A stretch of DNA of 64,000 bases. Source: an uncultured Chloroflexia bacterium (lineage in GTDB: Bacteria > Chloroflexota > Anaerolineae > Anaerolineales > RBG-16-64-43). The stretch lies in the NCBI GenBank assembly GCA_963780865.1, contig CAWADT010000016.1, positions 27,793-91,792 on the forward strand. The letters are read 5' to 3'. The notes under the pieces were generated by a model. It worked only from the letters and a program-made list of their open reading frames with translations. It ran no database searches and had not been told where the DNA came from. The position numbers and the translations under genes were made by a program. Below, piece after piece: positions 45,907 to 55,825 of the stretch. Each line of letters begins with the position of its first letter. Positions within the stretch are counted from its first letter, which is position 1.

Positions 45907-48147
45907 ATGCTGCGGATATTAAAGTATCTAAAACCCTATCTTTGGCTGATCTTGATCGCCGTCGGCTTGCTGTTCGTGCAGGCCAACGCCGACCTGGCGC
46001 TGCCGGATTACATGTCCAAGATCGTCAACGACGGCATCCAGCAGGGCGGCATCGTCAACGCCGTCCCGCAGGCGATCCGTCAGAGCGAGATGAACAAATT
46101 GGTCATCTTCCTCAGCGCCGACGACAAAGCGTTGGTCCTGGGGGATTACACCCTGGTGGACAACACTTCCGCCGACTACGACAAGTACCTCAAGGATTAT
46201 CCTTCCCTGGCCAGCGGTCCCGTCTACATCCTGAAAAACGTCGACTCAGCGGAAATCAATAAACTAAATCCGATCATGGGCAAGAGCCTCCTGGTGGTGG
46301 GCACGATAAATACGGTACTTGCTAACCCCACCCAGGCCGCGGCGATGGCCAAGACCTTCGGCTTTGATCTTTCCAAGATCCCCGCCGGAGTGGATCTGTT
46401 TACCGTGCTGGCCAGCCTTCCCCCGGCTCAGCTTTCCCAAATGACCGCCACGATCGACACGAAATTCTCCACGCTGGGCGCGAGCATGATCAACCAGATG
46501 GCGGTGATCTCGGTCAAAGCGGAATACACCGCGCTGGGGATGAACACCGTATCGCTGCAGACCAACTACATCATCCACACTGGACTCTTGATGCTGCTCT
46601 TGACCCTGCTCTCCGGAACCTGCACCGTCATCGTCGGCTTCCTTTCGGCCCGCACGGCCGCCGGCGTGTCGCGCGATTTACGCCGGTCCGTCTTCCAGCG
46701 CGTGGAAAGCTTCTCCAGCACGGAGTTTGACAAGTTCTCCACCGCCTCGCTGATCACCCGGTCCACCAACGACATCACCCAGATTCAAATGGTGGTGATC
46801 ATGGTGATGCGCATGGTCATCTACGCCCCGATCATCGGCATCGGCGGCGTGATCCGCGCGGTGGGCAAGAGCGCCAACATGTGGTGGATCATCGCCCTGG
46901 CGGTCATCATCCTGCTCGGGCTGATCCTCACCGTCTTCACCATCGCCCTGCCCAAGTTCCAGAGCATCCAGAGACTGATCGACCGGCTCAACCTCGTCAT
47001 CCGCGAGAATCTCTCCGGCATGATGGTGATCCGGGCGTTCAATATGCAGAACTTCGAGGAAAAGCGGTTCGACAAGGCCAACACCGACGTCACCGGCACG
47101 CTGCTGTTCATCAACCGCATCATGGTGGTGATGATGCCGGTGATGATGATGGTGATGAACGGCCTGGTCCTGCTAATCATCTGGGTGGGCGCACACCAGG
47201 TGGCCGATTCGAAGATGCAGGTGGGCGACATGCTCGCCTTCATGCAATACGCCATGCAAATCGTCTTCGCCTTCCTGATGCTTTCGATTATGTTCATCAT
47301 CCTGCCCCGCGCCGCCGTCTCCGCCGACAGGGTGGCCGACGTGCTCGAAACCAAACCCTCGATCCACGACCCGGAAAAACCAAAGAACTTCCCGGAACCG
47401 TTCCGCGGCACGGTCGAGTTCCGCGACGTATGCTTCCGGTATCCCGGCGCGGAGGAGGATATCCTGCACAACATCACTTTCACGGCCAAACCCGGCCAAA
47501 CCACTGCCTTCATCGGCACCACCGGTTCGGGCAAATCCACCATCGTCAGTTTGATCCCGCGTTTTTACGAAGTGACCGACGGCGAAATCCTGGTCGACGG
47601 GGTCGATATCCGCGAGGTGACCCAGCACGACCTGCGCGCCAGAATCGGCTACGTCCCGCAGAAGAGCAGCCTCTTCTCAGGCACGATCGAATCCAACCTG
47701 CTCTATGCGGATGAACAAGCCAGCGCTGAGGAGCTAAAGCAGGCGACCGACATCGCCCAGGCCTCGGAGTTCATCTTCGAAAAGCCGGAGGGCATGCAGA
47801 CGGAAGTGGCCCAGGGCGGGGGGAACGTCTCCGGCGGCCAGAAGCAGCGCCTCTCGATCGCGCGCGCGCTGGTCAAGAAGGCTCCGATCTACATCTTCGA
47901 CGACAGCTTCTCGTCGCTGGATTTCAAGACCGACGCAGCATTGCGCAAAGCGCTCAGGGAGAAGGTGGCCGGCAGCACGTTGTTCATCGTCACCCAGCGC
48001 ATTTCCACGATCATGAAATCCGAACAAATCATCGTCCTCGATGAGGGCAAGATCGCCGGCAAGGGGACCCACGCGGAACTCATGAAGAGCTGCGATGTGT
48101 ATCAGGGAATTGCAACGGCACAACTGAGCAAGGAGGAACTGTCATGA
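45907..48147 (+). CDS. ABC exporter, fused permease/ATPase half-transporter with a large insertion between TM1 and TM2
   Basis: 746 aa. Walker A is GTTGSGKST, the signature is VSGGQKQR and Walker B is IYIFDDSFS. About 170 extra residues lie between the first two TM helices. Confidence 0.9.
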   Translation: MLRILKYLKPYLWLILIAVGLLFVQANADLALPDYMSKIVNDGIQQGGIVNAVPQAIRQSEMNKLVIFLSADDKALVLGDYTLVDNTSADYDKYLKDYPSLASGPVYILKNVDSAEINKLNPIMGKSLLVVGTINTVLANPTQAAAMAKTFGFDLSKIPAGVDLFTVLASLPPAQLSQMTATIDTKFSTLGASMINQMAVISVKAEYTALGMNTVSLQTNYIIHTGLLMLLLTLLSGTCTVIVGFLSARTAAGVSRDLRRSVFQRVESFSSTEFDKFSTASLITRSTNDITQIQMVVIMVMRMVIYAPIIGIGGVIRAVGKSANMWWIIALAVIILLGLILTVFTIALPKFQSIQRLIDRLNLVIRENLSGMMVIRAFNMQNFEEKRFDKANTDVTGTLLFINRIMVVMMPVMMMVMNGLVLLIIWVGAHQVADSKMQVGDMLAFMQYAMQIVFAFLMLSIMFIILPRAAVSADRVADVLETKPSIHDPEKPKNFPEPFRGTVEFRDVCFRYPGAEEDILHNITFTAKPGQTTAFIGTTGSGKSTIVSLIPRFYEVTDGEILVDGVDIREVTQHDLRARIGYVPQKSSLFSGTIESNLLYADEQASAEELKQATDIAQASEFIFEKPEGMQTEVAQGGGNVSGGQKQRLSIARALVKKAPIYIFDDSFSSLDFKTDAALRKALREKVAGSTLFIVTQRISTIMKSEQIIVLDEGKIAGKGTHAELMKSCDVYQGIATAQLSKEELS

Positions 48148-50039
48148 CGACCCCAGCAGCACCCTCTCGACCGACCCAGGGCCCGGCCGCGCGCGGCGGC
48201 CTCATGCGCGGCGCCATGCCGATGGGGGGCGGCGGTCCGCGGGCAATGATGCGCGGGGAAAAACCCCGCGACTTCCGCGGCACGATGGTCAAGCTGATCC
48301 GCTATCTGGGCCAGTACCGAATCCTGATCCTGGTGGTGATGCTCTTCGCCATCGCCTCGACGGTCTTCTCCATCGTCGGCCCCAAGATCCTCGGCAACGC
48401 CACCACCAAACTGTTCGAAGGCGTGATGGCACAGATTGCCGGGACGGGCACGATCGACTTCACGTACATCCGCAACATCATTCTCGAAGTGCTCGGGCTG
48501 TACCTGGTTTCGGCCCTGTTCGCTTACGCGCAGGGTTGGATCATGTCCGGCGTGTCGATGAACATCACTTACCGGTTCCGCAAGGACATCTCGCAGAAAA
48601 TCAACCGCATGCCGCTGCGCTACTTCGACGGCACCAACCACGGCGAGATCCTTTCGCGGGTGACCAACGACGTGGACACGGTCAGCCAGACGCTCAACCA
48701 GAGCCTGACGCAGATCATCACTTCCGTGACGACCCTCGTCGGCGTGCTGGTGATGATGCTGACCATCAGCTGGCAGATGACGCTGGTGGCGGTGGCCATG
48801 CTGCCGCTGTCGTTCGTGATTATCGCCTTGATCGTCAGCGTGTCGCAGGTCTTCTTCAAGCGGCAGCAGGATTACCTCGGCCACGTCAACGGCCACGTCG
48901 AGGAGATGTACGGCAGCCACGTGGTGATGAAGGCCTTCAACGGCGAGGAAAAAAGCGTCCAGCAATTCGACGGCCTCAACAACACGCTTTACGACTCGGC
49001 CTGGAAATCCCAATTCCTCTCCGGCCTAATGTTCCCGATCACCAACTTCGTGGGCAACCTCGGGTACGTGGCCATCTGCATCCTGGGCGGGTATCTGGCC
49101 GTGCGCAACATGATCACGGTCGGCGACATCCAGGCGTTCATTCAATACGTGCGCTCCTTCACCCAGCCGATCACGCAGATCGCCAACATCTCCAACGTCT
49201 TCCAGCAGACCGCCGCCTCGGCCGAGCGCGTCTTCCAGTTCCTGGCCGAACCGGACGAGACGCCCGACAATCCCACCGTGGTGAAGCTCGAGAAGGTGCT
49301 CGGCCGCGTGGAGTTCAAGGACGTCCACTTCGGATACAGCCCAGACAAAATCATCATCAACGACTTCTCGGCCACGGTGCAACCCGGCCAGAAGATCGCG
49401 ATCGTCGGCCCGACCGGCGCCGGCAAGACCACCATGGTCAAGCTGCTGATGCGCTTCTACGATGTCACCAGCGGCGCCATCCAAGTGGACGGGCACGACA
49501 TCCGCGATTTTGCGCGCGACGACCTGCGCTGCATGTTCGGGATGGTGCTGCAGGACACCTGGCTCTACAACGGCACGCTAATGGAGAACATTCGCTACGG
49601 GCGCAGCGGGGCCAGCGACGACGAAGTGGTCGCCGCCGCCCGGGCCGCGCACGTGGACCATTTCATCCGCACCCAGCCGGCCGGCTACAACATGATGGTG
49701 AACGAGGAAACCACCAACATCTCGCAGGGACAGATGCAGCTGATGACCATCGCCCGCGCGATCCTGGCCGACCCCGCGATCCTGATCCTCGACGAGGCCA
49801 CCAGCTCGGTCGACACCCACACCGAGGTGCTGATCCAAAAAGCGATGGACAGCCTGATGAAAGGGCGCACCAGTTTCATCATCGCCCACCGGCTCTCCAC
49901 CATCCGCGACGCGGACTGGATTCTGGTGATGAACAACGGCGACATCGTCGAACAGGGCAAGCACGAAGACCTGCTGGCCAAGCACGGCTTCTATGCCGAT
50001 TTGTACAACAGCCAGTTCGAACGGGTAGAGACGGCCTAA
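48144..50039 (+). CDS. ABC exporter, fused permease/ATPase half-transporter (heterodimer partner)
   Basis: ATGA start/stop overlap with the upstream gene. Walker A is GPTGAGKTT, the signature-like segment is ISQGQMQL and Walker B is ILILDEATS. Confidence 0.9.
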   Translation: MTTPAAPSRPTQGPAARGGLMRGAMPMGGGGPRAMMRGEKPRDFRGTMVKLIRYLGQYRILILVVMLFAIASTVFSIVGPKILGNATTKLFEGVMAQIAGTGTIDFTYIRNIILEVLGLYLVSALFAYAQGWIMSGVSMNITYRFRKDISQKINRMPLRYFDGTNHGEILSRVTNDVDTVSQTLNQSLTQIITSVTTLVGVLVMMLTISWQMTLVAVAMLPLSFVIIALIVSVSQVFFKRQQDYLGHVNGHVEEMYGSHVVMKAFNGEEKSVQQFDGLNNTLYDSAWKSQFLSGLMFPITNFVGNLGYVAICILGGYLAVRNMITVGDIQAFIQYVRSFTQPITQIANISNVFQQTAASAERVFQFLAEPDETPDNPTVVKLEKVLGRVEFKDVHFGYSPDKIIINDFSATVQPGQKIAIVGPTGAGKTTMVKLLMRFYDVTSGAIQVDGHDIRDFARDDLRCMFGMVLQDTWLYNGTLMENIRYGRSGASDDEVVAAARAAHVDHFIRTQPAGYNMMVNEETTNISQGQMQLMTIARAILADPAILILDEATSSVDTHTEVLIQKAMDSLMKGRTSFIIAHRLSTIRDADWILVMNNGDIVEQGKHEDLLAKHGFYADLYNSQFERVETA

Positions 50040-50169
50040 ACCCGACAGGGCCGCAGACCAACAGGTTCTCCCTGCGGCCTCAAACCGCAATTGAAAGAAA
50101 CCGGCGCCGGCCGGCGCCCGATTCATGAAGCGGCGCGAAGGCCGGCACCTTCGCGGGAGGAACGGCACC

Positions 50170-50799
50170 ATGGCCAACGAACTGTACGCAATCACCGTCA
50201 GCCATCAACTGGGCGCGAGCGGCGCGCCGGTGGGAAAGAAGCTATCGGAGCGGTTGAATATCCCCTTCTTCGACCGCGAGATCCTTAAGCGCGTGTCGAA
50301 CCGGCTGCAAATGGCCGAAGCCGACCTGGAACACCGCGAGGAGCGGCTGCGCACCTTCTGGCAGACCTACTCGCGCACGGCGGAGCTTTTGGATCCGGCT
50401 CAGACCCTGACGGCGGACCGTTATATTCCCACCGACAAGGAATTCTTCCAGTTGGAATCGGAAACCATCTGCAGCATCGCGGAAAAGACGAACGCCGTCT
50501 TCATCGGCCGTTGCGGCCGGTACATTCTCCGCGATCACCCGCGGCAACTTCGGCTCCTGGTCCTGGCCGATCCGCCTGCCCGGATCGAGCGCCTGCAAAA
50601 CCTGTTTCACCTCGCCGCTCCGGAGGCGGCCAAGCTGATGGAAGATAACGACCGGGACCGCTCGGCCTACATCCGCGCTTTCACCGGCCAGGATTGGACG
50701 GACGCGCGGTTGTACGACCTCGCGATCAACACCTCCACCTCCGGTGTGGACGGTGCGGTTGAGCTGGCGCTGGAATGCCTGAAGCATAAAATTTCCTGA
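50170..50799 (+). CDS. Cytidylate kinase-like family protein
   Basis: The ATG at 50170 gives MANELYAITVSHQLGASGAPVGKKLSERLNIPFFDREIL..., the pattern typical of the cytidylate-kinase-like family with a degenerate P-loop. Confidence 0.7.
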   Translation: MANELYAITVSHQLGASGAPVGKKLSERLNIPFFDREILKRVSNRLQMAEADLEHREERLRTFWQTYSRTAELLDPAQTLTADRYIPTDKEFFQLESETICSIAEKTNAVFIGRCGRYILRDHPRQLRLLVLADPPARIERLQNLFHLAAPEAAKLMEDNDRDRSAYIRAFTGQDWTDARLYDLAINTSTSGVDGAVELALECLKHKIS

Positions 50800-50884
50800 A
50801 CCGTCCTCCCCGCGGCCGAACTTCCCTTCGTTTCCTTTCGCGCCCGGCGATGCATTTTTCTGCGCGCCGGGCGCTTCGTCTCAC

Positions 50885-50913
50885 TTGACAGAACCTTCCG
50901 TTGGGAGATAATT
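50885..50913 (+). promoter_or_regulatory. Putative sigma-70 promoter of the pheST leader
   Basis: TTGACA (50885-50890), a 16-nt spacer, then GATAAT (50907-50912). Confidence 0.55.
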
Positions 50914-50919
50914 CCCGCA

Positions 50920-51253
50920 TCTACCACAGGCTGTGAAAGAGGAAAGTATGCGGTCGGGCGCCGATAGGGAAGAACGGACCCGGACTGAAATCCGTTCGCG
51001 GAAGCCAGCCGCAGAAGTTCCCTCCCAAGCTCTTTCTTTGAACGGGCCTCGCCGGACAGTAAAGGATCGTATCAAGCGCAACCGCGACCGGCCGGCCCCA
51101 GTAGAAGAAAGCGGATCCCCGCCGTTAGCCGGGGAACCGGTCCTCCGAGCGCGTTTTCCGGAGCGCCGGGGCGAGCAGGCCCCCAGACGGGGCAATCAGG
51201 GCGGTACCGCGGGAGACCACTCCCGTCCCTGAACCGGACGGGGGTTTCTTTTT
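50920..51253 (+). promoter_or_regulatory. T-box riboswitch leader (tRNA-Phe sensing) with terminator
   Basis: The conserved T-box sequence AATCAGGGCGGTACCGCGGGAG (about 51194-51215) matches the consensus AAnnnGGGUGGUACCGCG. The terminator stem is 51220-51228 / 51236-51244, followed by TTTCTTTTT. GGGAG of the T-box can alternatively pair with CTCCC of the terminator 5' arm (antiterminator). A stem-I-like AGAGGAAAGTA lies at about 50937-50948. A UUC triplet at 51018-51020 is a candidate specifier. Confidence 0.8.
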
Positions 51254-51264
51254 AAGGAGGATGG

Positions 51265-52290
51265 ATGCTCGAACAACTGGACGCGCTGGAGCAGGAAGCC
51301 CTCGCGGCGCTGGAACGGGCGAACGACCCGGCCGCGCTCGCCGCGTGGAAGCAATCCCACCTTGGGCGCAGCGCCCCGCTGACGGCGTTCCTCGGCGACC
51401 TGGGGAAGCTGCCCGCCGCGGACCGGCCTCTGGCGGGAGCACGCGGGAATGAAGTCAAACGCCGCCTGGAAGCGGCCTTCTCCGCCGGCGAGGAGCGGTT
51501 GAACGCCGCGGCGCTGGACCACGCGCTACAAAGCGAGGCGCTCGACATCACGCTGCCGGGCCGGCCACTTAGGCGCGGGCGGCTGCATCCTTCCACGCTG
51601 ATCCTGCGCCGGATCTATGCGATCTGGGCCGAGATGGGATTCCAAATTTACCGCAGTCCGAACGTCGAGCTCGACGATTTCAACTTTACTTTGCTCAACA
51701 TCCCGCCCCACCATCCCGCGCGCGACATGTGGGACACTTTCTACACCACCCAGGAGGGTGTGTTGCTGCGGACCCACACCAGCCCCGGACAGATCCGCGC
51801 CATGCGCGAGTACGCGCCCAATCCCGTGCGGGTGATCCTGCCGGGAATGTGTTTCCGCTACGAACAGATCACCGCCCGCTCGGAGATTCAGTTCCATCAG
51901 GTGGAAGGGTTGGCCGTCGGGCCGGGGATCACGTTTGCGAATCTCAAAGCAACCCTCGCGGACTTCGCCCGGCGCATGTTCGGCGAAGGCGTGCGCACCC
52001 AGTTCCGCGCCGATCACTTCCCGTTCACCGAGCCGAGCCTGGAAACCGACGTCGAATGTTTCGTCTGCGGCGGAAAGGGATGCCCGGTGTGCAAATACAG
52101 CGGCTGGCTGGAAATTCTCGGCGCCGGCATGGTCCATCCGACGGTGCTCCGCAACGGCGGATACGATCCGAAGGTTTTTTCCGGATTCGCGTTCGGCATG
52201 GGCCCGGAACGGATCGCCATGTTGCGCCACGGGATCGAGGACATCCGCTATTTTTGGGGAAACGACCTTCAATTCTTGGAGCAGTTCTAA
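51265..52290 (+). CDS. pheS: Phenylalanyl-tRNA synthetase alpha subunit
   Basis: 341 aa with AAGGAGG upstream and class II motifs (HPARDMWDTFY; FRYEQITARSEIQFHQVEG; GFAFGMGPERIAML). Confidence 0.95.
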   Translation: MLEQLDALEQEALAALERANDPAALAAWKQSHLGRSAPLTAFLGDLGKLPAADRPLAGARGNEVKRRLEAAFSAGEERLNAAALDHALQSEALDITLPGRPLRRGRLHPSTLILRRIYAIWAEMGFQIYRSPNVELDDFNFTLLNIPPHHPARDMWDTFYTTQEGVLLRTHTSPGQIRAMREYAPNPVRVILPGMCFRYEQITARSEIQFHQVEGLAVGPGITFANLKATLADFARRMFGEGVRTQFRADHFPFTEPSLETDVECFVCGGKGCPVCKYSGWLEILGAGMVHPTVLRNGGYDPKVFSGFAFGMGPERIAMLRHGIEDIRYFWGNDLQFLEQF

Positions 52291-52293
52291 AAC

Positions 52294-52437
52294 CGACCAT
52301 GGACCATAGACCGCGGACCATAGCCGACAATCTCTCAGGTAGGGTTTCCCGCCTATTGGCCAGAAACCAATGGAGAATAATAAACAGCTATGGTCTATCG
52401 TCTATCGTCCATGGTCTATAGTCGATGGTCCATGGTC
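52294..52437. repeat. ~145-bp imperfect palindrome (GACCATGGACCATAGACC family) between pheS and pheT
   Basis: Left arm CGACCATGGACCATAGACCGCGGACCATAGCCG (52294-52326). Right arm CTATGGTCTATCGTCTATCGTCCATGGTCTATAGTCGATGGTCCATGGTC (52388-52437). Confidence 0.75.
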
Positions 52438-52483
52438 AAAAAGTTTTTCTTGAACCAACGATTTTTCGAAAGGGAGTCATGCG

Positions 52484-55082
52484 ATGAAGGTTCCATTATC
52501 TTGGTTGAAAGAGTACGTGGAGTTCGATCTCCCTCCGGAGGAAATCGCCTCGCGGCTCACCTTCGCCGGGTTGGAAGTGGAATCGATCGAGTACATCGGG
52601 CTGGCGCCGCTCAGCGGGCAAATCGACGGGCTGCCTCGAACCGACGGCTCGGGCCCCAAGGCCAAGGGGCTGGCGTGGGACCGCGAGAAGATCGTCGTGG
52701 GCCGGGTGTTCGAAGTGATGCCTCATCCCAATGCCGACCGCCTGGTGCTGTGTAAACTAGACGACGGACAGAGCATCCACACCGTGCTCACCGGCGCGCC
52801 CAACCTGTTCCGGTACAAGGGCCAGGGGCCGCTGGCAAAACCCTTGAAGGTGGCGTACGCCCGGGAAGGGGCGGTGCTCTACGACGGGCACCAGCCGGGG
52901 AACGTCCTGACCACCCTGGCGCGAATGAAAATCCGCGGGGTGGAATCCTATTCCATGATCTGCTCCGAAAAGGAACTCGGGATTTCCGCCGACCACGAGG
53001 GCGTGATGATCCTGCCGGACGAAGCGCCCTCCGGAACTCCTCTGGCGGACTACCTCGGCGACGTGATCCTCGACGTGAAGATCAACCCGAACATGGCGCG
53101 CAACGCCTGCCTGGTGGGGATCGCCCGCGAGGTGTCAGCCCTCACCGGCCGGAAACTCAAGCAGCCTTCTTACCTATTCCACGCGACGGGCGAGCCGCTG
53201 CGCAAACTGCTCAAGATCCTCATCCAGAATCCGGAACTCAACCCGCGCTTCACGGCGATCCTGCTGCGCGACGTGCAAATAGGCCCCAGCCCGGCCTGGA
53301 TGCAGCGCCGTCTCGCACGGGCCGGCATGCGCCCGATTAACAACATCGTCGACATCACCAATTACGTGATGCTCGAAACCGGCCAGCCCCTGCACGCCTT
53401 CAATTGGGACTCGCTCGTAATGCGCGCGGCCGGGAGAGCGGTGACAATCACCACTCGCACCGCCCGCCCGGGCGAAACGATTGTCACGCTCGACGGGGCC
53501 ACGCGCACGCTCGACGATTTCACGGTCCTGGTGTGCGACGAAAAGGGGCCGCTGTCGATTGCCGGCGTGATGGGCGGCGCCGAGAGCGAAGTGCGCGACG
53601 ACACGGTCAACATCCTGCTCGAAATCAGCCTCGTGGAATTTCCTCTCGATCCGCCGCACGGTGCAAGCCCAGAAGCTGCCGTCGGAAGCCGCCTTCCAAT
53701 TCTCGCGCGGCGTGCACCCGGCCACCGCGCTGCGCGGTTTAGGGCGCGCGGCCGAACTCATGCGCACGCTCGGCGGTGGGATCATCTCGCGGGATATGGT
53801 CGACGCGTATCCGCGCAAAGCGCCGGTCGTGCGCGTCGACCTTCCCATGCGGGAAGTCCGCCGGCTGCTGGGCATCGCCATTCCGCCGCGCAAAGTGGCT
53901 CAGATCCTCGAAAGCCTGGAGTTTGTCTGCCGCGTGAAAGAAGCTCCCGCCCGGAGCAGGCGGAGCGGAAAAATATCCGACGACGACCTGACGCTGCAGG
54001 TGATCGCGCCGGATCACCGCCTGGACATCGGCACGGGCGTGGTCGGCCAGGCGGATTTGGTCGAGGAGATCGCGCGCATTTACGGTTACGCGCGCATCCC
54101 GGAAATCCAGATCGCCGATCTCCTGCCCCCTCAGCGCGGCAACCCAAGCCTGGAGCAGGAGGAAGCCGCCCGGGACCTGCTGGTGGACCTCGGGCTGCAA
54201 GAAGTGCTCACCTATCATCTGACCGCTCCTGAAAAGGAAGCGGCCCTCTATCCGCCCGGGATGGAAGCCCCGGGGGCGGAATACATCCGCCTGGCCAACC
54301 CGATCGTTCCGGAGCGCCGGGTGATGCGCCACTCGGTGCTGGCTTCGGTGCTGGAGACGGCTGCGCGGAACGCGGCGCGAACCGACCGCCTGGCGCTCTT
54401 CGAACTAGGACCGGTTTACCTTCCGAAGGGCGAAGCGCTTCCGGCCGAGCCGGTCCAACTGGCGATTCTGCTCGCCGGGCCGCGCGAGCACAGGGATTGG
54501 CGGCCTTCCGACCGCACCCCGGCGGACTTTTTCGACCTGAAGGGGATACTCGAAGGCGCGCTCACGGGATTGCACGTTCCGCCTCCCGCGTTCGAATCCA
54601 CCCGCGATTCGCGGTTCCATCCGGGCCGCTGCGCCAAAATCCTCGTCGACGGAACGGCGCTCGGCGTGATGGGCCAATTGCATCCGCAGGTTGCCGCGCG
54701 CTTCGAATGGGGCGGGCGCGACCTGCTCGCCGCCGAACTCGATTTCGAACTCTTGCGGCCGCACCTGCTGCGCCGCTATCCCGTTCATTCCATTCCCGAT
54801 TATCCCCCGGTGCTCGAAGACCTGGCGGTGGTGGTGGCGGAGGAGGTGCCCGTTGAACGGGTGATCCGGAAGATCCGCTCCTCCGGCGGAGAGATCGTGC
54901 AATCCGTGCAGTTGTTCGACGTGTATCGCGGCGAGCAGGCCGGGGCGGGCAATAAAAGCCTGGCCTTCGCGCTTACCTACCAGGCCGCGGATCGGACCCT
55001 AGGGAGCACCGAAGCCGAGGAGATTCGAATGCGGATAATCCGCGCGCTGGAGGGGGAGTTGGGCGGAAAGGTGCGGCGATAA
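52484..55082 (+). CDS. pheT: Phenylalanyl-tRNA synthetase beta subunit, interrupted by an apparent 1-nt insertion at 53622-53624
   Basis: ORF 52484..54232 carries the N-terminal two-thirds (MKVPLSWLKEYVEFDL...). ORF 53661..55082 carries the rest (...FQFSRGVHP...B3/4, FDX-ACB). Removing one A from GAAATC (AAA 53622-53624) gives continuous ...NILLESASWNFLSIRRTVQAQKLPSEAAFQFSRGVHP... Confidence 0.9.
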
Positions 55083-55124
55083 GGTTTTTTTTACACTCCA
55101 ACTATTGATCAATCATCCCTTCCC

Positions 55125-55375
55125 CCCTCCCATAGGGTTGTCCTGCTCATAGCATGATCTTATTTTCCCCTCCCCCCTTCCCGTGATACGGGAAGGGGGG
55201 AGGGTTTATTTTGACATACATAGAGGAGGAATTTTTCATTGGGAGGGGGAATGGGATGGGATCGCGTCTACCCCCATTTGCTCCACCCCCTTCCCAACCC
55301 TCCCCCCTTGATCCCCTCATTTGCTCCACGGCAATGATCCGCAGACGCGAAGTTGTTCTGGAGCAAATGAGGGGA
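55125..55375. repeat. Composite palindromic repeats (CCCTTCC-type hairpin plus a second 16-bp inverted repeat)
   Basis: Hairpin CCCCTCCCCCCTTCCCGTGATACGGGAAGGGGGGAGGG (about 55167-55204). The perfect inverted repeat CCCCTCATTTGCTCCA (55312-55327) / TGGAGCAAATGAGGGG (55359-55374). Confidence 0.7.
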
Positions 55376-55395
55376 GTGCACTTGGGGGGTAAATA

Positions 55396-55432
55396 AAACG
55401 GCCCGCTTGCGCGGGCCGCTTTTTGGTTTTCG
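55396..55432. terminator. Terminator hairpin downstream of the cold-shock gene
   Basis: CGGCCCGC-TTGC-GCGGGCCG has U-rich tracts on both strands. Confidence 0.65.
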
Positions 55433-55441
55433 GCGTCTGGA

Positions 55442-55654
55442 TTATTCCATCGGGGTAACCCGAGCCGCCTGAAGACCCTTGGGGCCGGTTTCGATTTCAA
55501 ACTCGACCTTCTGGCCTTCGTGCAGCTTCTTGTATCCCTCCATCGTTATTGCGGAGAAGTGAACGAACACGTCTTCGCCGCCATCGCGGGCGATGAAACC
55601 GTAGCCCTTGGTGGCATTGAACCACTTCACGGTACCGACGATGCGATCTGCCAT
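55442..55654 (-). CDS. Cold-shock protein (CspA family)
   Basis: 70 aa: [30 protein letters not shown], with RNP-1/RNP-2 motifs. Confidence 0.95.
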   Translation of the reverse strand: MADRIVGTVKWFNATKGYGFIARDGGEDVFVHFSAITMEGYKKLHEGQKVEFEIETGPKGLQAARVTPME

Positions 55655-55825
55655 CTTGCCTCCTGTTGCAAGAAAAATTTCCGAATCGGGACCGGGAGGT
55701 GGGCATAAAAAAACCGCTCGGCGGTTTCCGAAGCGGCTTTCAGTGCCTGCTTACCCAATCCCGCTCTTACCAATTTATGGTATCACCCGGTTTTCCGGTT
55801 GTCAAGCGGGAAGCGGCAGGCGAGC

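Noticed and set aside
50933-51452. ORFs inside and overlapping the pheS leader (50933..51232, 51261..51452)
   Set aside because: The region is explained by the T-box riboswitch. ATG 51261 is out of frame with the conserved PheS sequence, which starts at 51265.
53600-53700. Programmed ribosomal frameshifting as an explanation for the split pheT (and the other split genes)
   Set aside because: There is no slippery heptamer or downstream structure. The same kind of single-base homopolymer lesion occurs in unrelated genes, and restoring one base gives perfectly conserved sequence. A sequencing or assembly indel is the simpler explanation.
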